From a virus (Duplodnaviria > Caudoviricetes): a DNA stretch of 52,694 nt. Below the pieces are notes generated by a model that did no database searches, had not been told where the DNA came from, and saw only the letters and a program-made list of their open reading frames with translations. Every line of letters begins with the position of its first letter. Within the stretch, counting starts at the first letter, position 1. The translations under genes were made by a program, and so were the position numbers. This document shows positions 19,367-26,766 of this stretch, piece by piece. The stretch is from the IMG/VR virus record IMGVR_UViG_3300035661_000082, positions 1-52,694 of that record. One strand, 5' to 3'.

Positions 19367-19393
19367 AAAAAACTCCTTTGTCTTGACGGTGAC

Positions 19394-19486
19394 ATGCTAA
19401 CAAACTCAAACAAAAAGTCAACACCTAAAAATAAATCACGCAAACACAAAAAAAGTTGTTTACACAGATTAATTGCCATGTAAAAT
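19394..19486. promoter_or_regulatory. Divergent sigma70-like promoter pair
   Basis: Minus strand TTGACT-16-TAGCAT with TG extension; plus strand TTTACA-16-TAAAAT (19459-19486) with upstream A-tract. Confidence 0.55.
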
Positions 19487-19549
19487 GCCTAGCCATCGAA
19501 GCACAACAACTTCGATGCCAATCCGGGGCAGTCCGGCAGAGTAAACAAA

Positions 19550-20050
19550 GTGAAAATTAAATTCTCGGCAATAACCGACCCAGACAAAATTATGGATGCA
19601 GTCCATAAAGATGTCTTCAATCTACGGTACGTTCCTGAATCACTCATAACTGAGGAAGTGGCAATGGCCGCTATGCTGGAAGACGGCTACATGCTCCAGT
19701 ACGTTCCAGACACGCTCAAGACTGAATCCTTGTTGCTTGCCGCTGTCAATCAAAACGGCGAATCACTCCAGTGCGTGCATGGATCTCTTATGACTGAGGC
19801 CGTGGTACTGGCTGCTGTGCAGCAAGACTGCTACGCACTCCGGTACGTTCCAGACGATCTCAAGAACGAATCAGTGGTGCTTTCCGCTGTGCAGCAAAGC
19901 GGCGAATTACTCCAGTATGTGCCCGAATCATTAAGGACTGAGGACGTAGTGATGGCTGCCGTAAAACAAGACATCGACGCGCTACGATACATTCTTGACC
20001 GGGCAATGTTCGATCTTATCGCAAATAAATTAGGCATCGAAACCGAATAA
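19550..20050 (+). CDS. DUF4116-like tandem helical repeat protein, copy 1
   Basis: ~24-aa repeats AV.Q.G..L.YVPESL.TE.VVL. Confidence 0.85.
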   Translation: MKIKFSAITDPDKIMDAVHKDVFNLRYVPESLITEEVAMAAMLEDGYMLQYVPDTLKTESLLLAAVNQNGESLQCVHGSLMTEAVVLAAVQQDCYALRYVPDDLKNESVVLSAVQQSGELLQYVPESLRTEDVVMAAVKQDIDALRYILDRAMFDLIANKLGIETE

Positions 20051-20088
20051 CAGCACAAATTTACCCACCAAAAACGAAGCGAAACAAA

Positions 20089-20517
20089 ATGAAAATTAAA
20101 TTCTCGGCAATAACCGACCCAGACAAAATTATGGATGCCGTGCGGAAAAATGGCTTCATGCTCAATTACGTGCCTGAGTCGCTAATGACGGATGACATGG
20201 TTCTTGCTGCCGTAAAACAAGATGATGACGCTCTACAGTGTGTGCCTGAATCGAAAATTACCGAGGAGGTGGCACTTGTAGCTGTAAGTCAAAACGGCTA
20301 CGCGCTACGGCGAGTGCCTGAATCAAAAATGTCAGAATCTGTTGTGCTGGCTGCCGTAAAACAAAACGGCGAAGCACTTCGGCACGTCCCAGAATCTAAA
20401 ATAAATGAGTCCGTAGCACTTGCTGCTGTACGGAAAGACCGCTACGCGCTAAGGCACGTGCTAGATAGAGCAATGTTCGACCGCGTGGCTGATGTACTTG
20501 GCATCGAAACAGAATAA
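20089..20517 (+). CDS. DUF4116-like tandem helical repeat protein, copy 2
   Basis: Same repeats; identical first 18 aa and near-identical C-terminus LDRAMFD..A..LGIETE. Confidence 0.85.
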   Translation: MKIKFSAITDPDKIMDAVRKNGFMLNYVPESLMTDDMVLAAVKQDDDALQCVPESKITEEVALVAVSQNGYALRRVPESKMSESVVLAAVKQNGEALRHVPESKINESVALAAVRKDRYALRHVLDRAMFDRVADVLGIETE

Positions 20518-20618
20518 AACGCCACAACCATGCGCAAAGTCGCATAAACAACAAAGCCCGCCGGTGGCGCAATCCACGGCAGGCTTCTAACCAACGATGC
20601 ACGAATGGAGGTGCAAGC

Positions 20619-21131
20619 ATGGCTAACAACACAATACCCCAAACCGCCCGCAATGGGCTACCTGAAAAGAAGTGGTTCACGCTTGATGAGGTTGCGACAC
20701 GCTGGAAGGGCATGACGGGGCAGGCGGTAAGCGTTGAAGATGTTCTGCATTATGGCGCGGAAGGACTTTTGAGGATTAGCTACAACTATTCGTTTGCAAT
20801 ACCTACATTTATCGAGGCCGTGCGAACAGAATCAGGATTACGGTATCAATCTAGGCGAGGACTACCGGAGAAAGGGCCATTCGGATTAAGCGCCATAGAT
20901 ATTGGAAGAGTTGCTAAGGGGGATGTTTTCACGCCAGATTCTGTATTGCCCGATACTGTCTTAACGTACAACGACGGTGAATCCAGCGTGGTGTACACAT
21001 TGCCCGGGTTTGATATGTATTGCCCAGATAGAAAGGTTGACAACACCATCAAAATTGAACGCCTCATTGTCACGCGCGAAGAGCTTGAACGCTTCGAGCA
21101 AGCCCACGACATAGGCCAAGCCGTATTTTAA
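20619..21131 (+). CDS. Putative winged-HTH/excisionase-like DNA-binding protein
   Basis: GGAGGT RBS; KWFTLDEVATRW and IVTREELERFE segments resemble Xis-like proteins. Confidence 0.5.
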   Translation: MANNTIPQTARNGLPEKKWFTLDEVATRWKGMTGQAVSVEDVLHYGAEGLLRISYNYSFAIPTFIEAVRTESGLRYQSRRGLPEKGPFGLSAIDIGRVAKGDVFTPDSVLPDTVLTYNDGESSVVYTLPGFDMYCPDRKVDNTIKIERLIVTREELERFEQAHDIGQAVF

Positions 21132-21192
21132 CACCGAAGCCGCATTCATTGATACTGCGTTGATGGCGACAAGGCGGGTTGTGGATTCTTTT

Positions 21193-21663
21193 TCATTGAT
21201 CGAAGCTCATAAGATGATTAATAACGTTGTCAACATCAGACTCACTTGCATACCCAGAGTGCCGCAAAATCCTTTCCCACACCACGCTCGTGACTGCGCG
21301 ATACACAAAGTTAAATCGCTCTTCACTCATGTTTGAAAATGGAAGGCTTTCGGCTTCAAGTTGCACATCGCCTCGGGCGTTGTACACTGGGCGATAGAAC
21401 CCAGCTAAAATGATCATATCCTTACGGAAGCGTTCAAAGTCCTTTTCAACTGGCTGACCCTTGTACTCGATACTAGGGATTTCCCAGTGATCGAATGCCA
21501 GCTTGAACAATGCAAATGCTTTGCGGTGAAACTTATAATTTCGGATGCGCTTAATATCCACAAACAATGGAGTTCCAATCTTGTAGCTGCGCATCGCATC
21601 GACCGTTGAATCAGAACCAGGGACTAGCACTCCAGAAGCTGATTTTATGAAGTCAAGGGGCAT
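21193..21663 (-). CDS. DUF1367/NinB-like recombination-associated protein
   Basis: RNYKFHRKAFAL...FERFRKDMIILAG...SLPFSNMSEERF. Confidence 0.75.
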   Translation of the reverse strand: MPLDFIKSASGVLVPGSDSTVDAMRSYKIGTPLFVDIKRIRNYKFHRKAFALFKLAFDHWEIPSIEYKGQPVEKDFERFRKDMIILAGFYRPVYNARGDVQLEAESLPFSNMSEERFNFVYRAVTSVVWERILRHSGYASESDVDNVINHLMSFDQ

Positions 21664-21674
21664 AACTTTTTACT

Positions 21675-22040
21675 CTAATGAAAATCACACGATGCCGTAT
21701 CGCACTTATAGCGCCATGGTGAAATTTCAATCTCTGCCAAGAAGAGCTTTTTTACTTCTTGGTTTGCATAATTGCTATTCCAATACAACGCCCAATCATC
21801 CTTGCTCCAGTCCCATGCCGACGCAACGGCTCGTGCCATATCAATAAGTTCTTGTGCCGCGCCGTTGGTTTTTGATTCGTGGTACTTGCCAACTTCGTCA
21901 ACAATGTGCTGTTTGTGCGTCTTAAACCGACGGGTAGCTACACTGGCTAGCTTCCCGCGAAATCTAACTGCATTCCCATCATGAATAATAGATACTCCCA
22001 TTCTGTATAGTTCGGCCATGATGTTATTCATGGTTAACAC
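21675..22040 (-). CDS. Hypothetical protein (N-terminus resembles TubC-N docking-like domain)
   Basis: MAELYRMGVSIIHDGNAVRFRG...HKQHIV; coupled to upstream stop. Confidence 0.5.
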   Translation of the reverse strand: MLTMNNIMAELYRMGVSIIHDGNAVRFRGKLASVATRRFKTHKQHIVDEVGKYHESKTNGAAQELIDMARAVASAWDWSKDDWALYWNSNYANQEVKKLFLAEIEISPWRYKCDTASCDFH

Positions 22041-22552
22041 TATCTCTTTTTTGCGATTACAAAGTTTTCAGGAAAATCATTTATGTTAAATGCTACAAAC
22101 GTGCTTGAAGCGTCCGTGTTTTTCTTGCCAATCCCAGGCACATGCCCAGCGGGTAATGCTGCTAACTTGCGCATGTACCATATTCTGAAAACCTTTAAGT
22201 CGCATAAAATCCACGAATGCAAGTTTGTTTCTTCTGCGTCAGAAAATCCGTAGAAAAAATAATCGCCCCAACCTTCAATAATTTTTGTTAGTTCTGTTTT
22301 TGTTCCGCTTGGCCTTCCTGCTCTGATCGTAAACTCGTCGCCATATTTGCTCGCGTATTGGTGCTTCCTAACTCGGCAACCAATTCGCACAGCGTCGAGT
22401 CTTAAAACCATTAGATCGGTATTCCTTTCAGCGTCTTCTTCATGAGGTGGTTCGCTAATGAGGTAAATGCCAAGGATAGACTTTATTTCTGTCAAAAACC
22501 GATCAGACCATCGTTTATCTGCTTTCCAGTCGCCCTTAATCGCCACTTTCAT
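22040..22552 (-). CDS. Hypothetical protein, possible PD-(D/E)XK-fold nuclease; start uncertain
   Basis: Overlaps MT-A70 stop; ED.ERNTDL...RIGCRVR...EFTIR...ELTKI...DYFFYG pattern. Confidence 0.5.
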   Translation of the reverse strand: MKVAIKGDWKADKRWSDRFLTEIKSILGIYLISEPPHEEDAERNTDLMVLRLDAVRIGCRVRKHQYASKYGDEFTIRAGRPSGTKTELTKIIEGWGDYFFYGFSDAEETNLHSWILCDLKVFRIWYMRKLAALPAGHVPGIGKKNTDASSTFVAFNINDFPENFVIAKKR

Positions 22553-23723
22553 TGCCCCATGTATCAAACCCTTCGATTGACCGTCGGTTGAACATATCTA
22601 ATCTGCGTCCTGCGGTAACGCGGCGCACAACTTCATAGAATTCCTCTGGCTTTTCACTGTGCGCACCACGCGGCGCATTAAAGCAAACTGGAAACGCCTT
22701 GGTGTCGATAAATTCTGGCGTGCCTTTTCTAGCATAAATGGCAAATTCACAGTTGTATTGAGGCAATCCGATTGGCTGGAAACCACCGGGTTTATGCCAT
22801 GTGAATGTGCAAACATACTTCATCCCCCATGCTTCAATTAACCTCAACGCCATTGGTAGGAACTTGTGCGTTGTCCATACCCAAACATGGCAATCATCAG
22901 CAGCCGGTATTTCAAGTAGCCTCAATTCATCCTCGGACATAGTAGGATAATCAAACTCAACTTGGTTTGGCCTAGCGTCACGTTCGATCTTCTGCATTGC
23001 CCATGGCGGGTCTAAAACAATAACGTCATAAAGACCTTGTGCCGCTTTAACCTCCATTGCTGAAACGCTTTCAAGCTTGTCAATAATTTCTTCCCTGCGC
23101 TCTTCGCGCTTAACATCCGCCATCGACTTTTCACCAGAAATAATTTCATAAGCACGATTGGGTGATTTTTCGATTAACGCAGCGGCCTTGATAACTGCCT
23201 GTCTTGGTACTGTTACCACCGGGGTATATCCAGGAATGGCCTTTTCTACAACTGCAATAGCTTCGGCATACTTGCCTGCGCGCCTAACAGTGGGCTGGCT
23301 TACACCGTGTTCTGCGGCTAGTTTGTCTGCGGTGCGTAACCGGTGCTCAATTTGATCACCGGTTGCCTTCGATACGCCAATGCCGCCATCATTCTGAGCC
23401 TTCTTTGCCCGGTTGTATCTGCGCCCAAGCAGCAAAGTAAATTGATCTGGCGTAATGTTTCGCCGTCCGAGTTGATTTGCATCCATCCAATCCATTGCAG
23501 AATCTCGGTCTTCAAACTCTTTAGCCACCGTAGTAAACGTAATCCCAAGCCGGGTGCAAATCTCATAACGATTGTGCCCATCAACAAGTGTGTTGCCCCA
23601 AACCACAAGCGGATCACGGCAACCTTCGGCAATGATGTTTGCCTCAAGCTGCGCATACTCTTCGCGGCTTAATGGTGGAATGAGCGACTTAAATTCGGTG
23701 TCAATTGTGATTTTGATAGGCAT
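22536..23723 (-). CDS. ParB/Srx-like domain fused to MT-A70 family N6-adenine methyltransferase
   Basis: LVDGHNRY and NQLGRRN ParB-like motifs; VIVLDPPW, YPTM, HSEKPEEFY MT-A70 motifs; AAGAGG RBS before ATG 23723. Confidence 0.85.
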   Translation of the reverse strand: MPIKITIDTEFKSLIPPLSREEYAQLEANIIAEGCRDPLVVWGNTLVDGHNRYEICTRLGITFTTVAKEFEDRDSAMDWMDANQLGRRNITPDQFTLLLGRRYNRAKKAQNDGGIGVSKATGDQIEHRLRTADKLAAEHGVSQPTVRRAGKYAEAIAVVEKAIPGYTPVVTVPRQAVIKAAALIEKSPNRAYEIISGEKSMADVKREERREEIIDKLESVSAMEVKAAQGLYDVIVLDPPWAMQKIERDARPNQVEFDYPTMSEDELRLLEIPAADDCHVWVWTTHKFLPMALRLIEAWGMKYVCTFTWHKPGGFQPIGLPQYNCEFAIYARKGTPEFIDTKAFPVCFNAPRGAHSEKPEEFYEVVRRVTAGRRLDMFNRRSIEGFDTWGNESGD

Positions 23724-23728
23724 AAAAA

Positions 23729-23806
23729 AACCTCTTGGCGTTTTGTGAAGCACCACGACCCGCACGGCGTGGCACTTCACAAAAAAACAAGAGGTTAAGG
23801 GTGCGG
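23729..23806 (-). promoter_or_regulatory. Long 5' leader hairpin sequestering the RBS of the ParB-MT-A70 gene
   Basis: Nested inverted repeats AACCTCTTG/CAAGAGGTT, TTTTGTGAAG/CTTCACAAAA, CCACG/CGTGG. Confidence 0.65.
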
Positions 23807-24089
23807 CCTGTTGATGAGGATTGTACCAAAGTTCAAATAAGCCAGCAATGAAAAAAGCCAGGCGCCCCCCCGACCACAACCAATGCCAACAAACGCATAG
23901 GCTGCGTAAGCCATTTTTACAGCTTACCGCTACATCGGCATTCATAACGATTATTTTCGCCTTAGAATCCGTCTAATTAAGTTTAATTGGCATGTGGCGT
24001 TAACACCCGCGCAGAAAAAACCAACTACGCCAACCAACATCCAAGATCGCCTACAAAACCCAGAACTGGGGGGCGTTGATGGTCATTTT

Positions 24090-24315
24090 TGATTTTACAG
24101 TGGTTATGCAGAAGTTTTAAGAAGCTAAGTCATTGATTTTTGTTGTATAATACAATTATACAATTATACATATATATATCTATATCTATATCTATCTATC
24201 TATTTTTCTCTCTCTATTTATCTATCTATATATGCGTAAAACCGTAAAACAAGTAATAACATAAAAATCAACAACTTATCCTCGTAAATAGCTTGTATTT
24301 CACATGTATAATCAT
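24090..24315. other. Putative replication origin (AT-rich core with flanking inverted repeats)
   Basis: Non-coding; TAAGTCATTGATTTTT (24126) and AAAAATCAACAACTTA (24263) form a 14/16 inverted pair around (TA)n/(TATC)n tracts; ACAATTAT and GTAAAAC direct repeats. Confidence 0.55.
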
Positions 24316-24337
24316 TTTTGCGATGGTCATGAAAGCA

Positions 24338-24360
24338 AAAAAGAGGCATAAGCCTCTTTA
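24338..24360 (-). terminator. Rho-independent terminator for leftward early genes
   Basis: AAAGAGGC-ataa-GCCTCTTT with A-run on the left (U-tract on minus strand). Confidence 0.6.
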
Positions 24361-24514
24361 TTAACCCATAAGTTTTTTTTATTTAAGCAGCATAAAGCGT
24401 CACAAGTGCTCCTGAAAAATGGACTACCCACAAAGCATGGGCGGCTAGGATGCTCAGAGCCGGCGTAACACGGCTGGCTGATTTTCTCTTGCGAGTCTTG
24501 TATGAATGTTGGGG

Positions 24515-25036
24515 CTAACTGGAGCTTTTACCTAGCGATAGCATCCGGCGTAATTCTGTCTCTTGCACTGTGCGCTCATCCATGAGCGTAGACGCGGCAG
24601 ATATAACATATTCGATAGTAGTGGCAACATATCGTGTGATAGGAACAGAAGCTGCGGTATATGCGATATAGTCCGGCATGGATTTTGATTCTGTATATGC
24701 AATATAAGCAGACATGCGCGATTCCCTTAGCTCCTCATCCGTCGCTTGGCCGTCGAGGTGGCGTTCTGCTATTTCAATGGCTGCAATGCTGCGTGGGTCT
24801 GTAATCTGGTGCAGCACTTGGCGTATACAACAAATAGCATACCGTCGCATATCAGTATCGTTACCGTCGATGGCACGAAAACACCATATGGCATCATCAA
24901 TTCCGTTGCTATCAAGCACAGTTAAGAGTGGTAGCTCCTCGTCATCCGCTTTTACCTTACCTAAATTTTTTAACAGTTTTTCCCAACCGGTTGCGCATGG
25001 TCCGCATTGTCGTATCTTGTTTAGGGTGGTATACAT
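24515..25036 (-). CDS. Conserved phage protein (Imm5-like helical region)
   Basis: TTLNKIR..GPC..GWEKLL...DSNG.DDA.W and DPRSIAAIEIAER...AT.EEL motifs common in phage early proteins. Confidence 0.65.
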   Translation of the reverse strand: MYTTLNKIRQCGPCATGWEKLLKNLGKVKADDEELPLLTVLDSNGIDDAIWCFRAIDGNDTDMRRYAICCIRQVLHQITDPRSIAAIEIAERHLDGQATDEELRESRMSAYIAYTESKSMPDYIAYTAASVPITRYVATTIEYVISAASTLMDERTVQETELRRMLSLGKSSS

Positions 25037-25073
25037 AATTTTCTCTCTATTTGTGGGTGCTGGCCGGTGGGAA

Positions 25074-25439
25074 TCAGATTAGTTCCCAGTCATCTTCCGT
25101 CCAGGCTAGGAGGGCATCGGCAATGAGGGAGGCCACGTTTTTTATAAACGCGTCATAGCCAAAATCATTGATGTCGTCACCATCTTGATACTGCTCATCC
25201 TCAGGGATGTCGCAATAACCGCTTACGCGGTCAATCTGAATAATTGAACCGTCATCTCGTTGCAACCATGATTGGTCACTGGCCTCTTGGTGGATGAACA
25301 TAGTGTCATCGTGCAGGTCTAGGTAGAGCTGGTAGCTCGTACCGTTGTAATACTCGCAGGACGCGAATCCCACAAAAAATTCGATCAACACATCCTTGTT
25401 TTTTTCGAGGATGGATTCTGCGCGGGTCATGTTGTTCAT
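25074..25439 (-). CDS. Small highly acidic early protein
   Basis: AGGAG RBS; 27 D/E vs 6 K/R in 121 aa (hand count). Confidence 0.75.
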   Translation of the reverse strand: MNNMTRAESILEKNKDVLIEFFVGFASCEYYNGTSYQLYLDLHDDTMFIHQEASDQSWLQRDDGSIIQIDRVSGYCDIPEDEQYQDGDDINDFGYDAFIKNVASLIADALLAWTEDDWELI

Positions 25440-25468
25440 TTTTGTCTCCTTCGTTTTTGTGGTTCAGG

Positions 25469-25765
25469 TCATTCCTGGGTGATGGTATCAAACACCACCT
25501 GGACGATTAATGGTTTACAGTCCCAGTCTCCATCCGTGGGACGAACCATAATGGATTTTTCACCCTTGATGGTGAATGCGCTGATTTCGATCAGCTCGGT
25601 CATCGGCTCATCTTCGAGGATTTCCGCCTGCATATCCGGGGGGAGAATTTCGATGCTTTCAAAAATTCGGTGCTTGAGAGGCACGCCTTCCATATAGGCG
25701 CATTCGTCCCATTCAGGCACCAAAAACTTTTCTAGTTTTTGGAACATTTCAACTTCAAATTTCAT
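25469..25765 (-). CDS. Small acidic early protein
   Basis: First gene after strong promoter; 22 D/E vs 9 K/R in 98 aa (hand count). Confidence 0.7.
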   Translation of the reverse strand: MKFEVEMFQKLEKFLVPEWDECAYMEGVPLKHRIFESIEILPPDMQAEILEDEPMTELIEISAFTIKGEKSIMVRPTDGDWDCKPLIVQVVFDTITQE

Positions 25766-25814
25766 TTTTGTCTCTCTGTGTTTGTGGTTAAGTCCATTCC
25801 CTAACCTTGAATAA

Positions 25815-25860
25815 AGTATATGCTTTTATCACAATGAAGTCAACACTTTTTTTGTGTTTT
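25815..25860 (-). promoter_or_regulatory. Strong sigma70 early promoter
   Basis: Minus strand TTGACT-17-TATACT preceded by A-tract UP-like element. Confidence 0.75.
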
Positions 25861-25923
25861 CACAATTTATTTTTCAGTCGGTGAGCGCTCACCCGAGAAA
25901 TACCAAGCACAAGGCGCAAAAAA

Positions 25924-25950
25924 GCCCGGAAGGTGTTAATGCTTCCGGGC
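25924..25950. terminator. Hairpin, putative terminator on minus strand
   Basis: GCCCGGAAG...CTTCCGGGC with A-run on the left. Confidence 0.5.
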
Positions 25951-26094
25951 GGATATGTGCAAACTGCTGATTGAGGACGGCAAAAAGTCTAAGTTACCAA
26001 CATCGACAAAATAAGTATGCGCACATGCACTGCGTTTGTACAGCAAAATTGCTGTACTGGATAAGTTTTATAGTTAAAAGCTATACTCTCGTGC

Positions 26095-26766
26095 ATGAAT
26101 GTACAGATTAAGCGCGTAATTGATTGGACGACGATTGAGCTTGAATATCGAGCAGGGACAAAGCCGATTAGGGAAATTGCCAAGGATGCAGGGATAACAC
26201 ATGCAGCAATACAAAAACGGGCTGCAAAAGAGGAGTGGACGAGAGACATATTAGCCCGCGTGCAAGCTCGGGCGGATGATATGGTCGCCAAACAGGTTGC
26301 CAGATCAATGGTAGCCAAGACTGGGTTGGCTACCAAAACAGAAAAACAGATCGTTGAAGCCGTAGCAAGTCATGTTGCTGATGTGAAAATCAGGCATCAA
26401 AAACGGATTGATAAAGCAAGTAGCATTGTTGAAAGGATGTTTGCCGAGCTGGATATACAAACCGGTGAAGGTGCGCTCGATATGCTCGAAAGCATTGGGC
26501 AGATCATGCGCAGCGAGGACAATAATGGACGAGACAAGCTGAATGACTTTTATATGTCGGTCATTAAGTTGCCCGAGCGATCTAAAACAGCAAAAACGCT
26601 GATTGATGCGTTAAAAACGCTGATCGACTTGGAGCGCCAGGCCTACGGCATCAAAGATGCGAGCCAATCCGCAGGCGACATCATCAACAATCTACTCATC
26701 AACATCAGCAATTCAGCGCGCCCGCTGACGATTTCCCCCGTGTCGCTGGATATAGAACATGAGTAA
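26095..26766 (+). CDS. Terminase small subunit
   Basis: IDW..IE.EYRAG...IREIA HTH, coiled coil, LERQAYGI; directly upstream of TerL. Confidence 0.8.
   Translation: MNVQIKRVIDWTTIELEYRAGTKPIREIAKDAGITHAAIQKRAAKEEWTRDILARVQARADDMVAKQVARSMVAKTGLATKTEKQIVEAVASHVADVKIRHQKRIDKASSIVERMFAELDIQTGEGALDMLESIGQIMRSEDNNGRDKLNDFYMSVIKLPERSKTAKTLIDALKTLIDLERQAYGIKDASQSAGDIINNLLINISNSARPLTISPVSLDIEHE

Noticed and set aside
19550-20517. DGR TR/VR pair explanation for the duplicated genes
   Set aside because: Differences are not adenine-specific and no reverse transcriptase is present
23724-23945. 74-aa N-terminal extension of the ParB-MT-A70 ORF in the ORF track
   Set aside because: Cys/Trp-rich and runs through a hairpin; a good RBS precedes ATG 23723. 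Kept only as a possible regulatory leader
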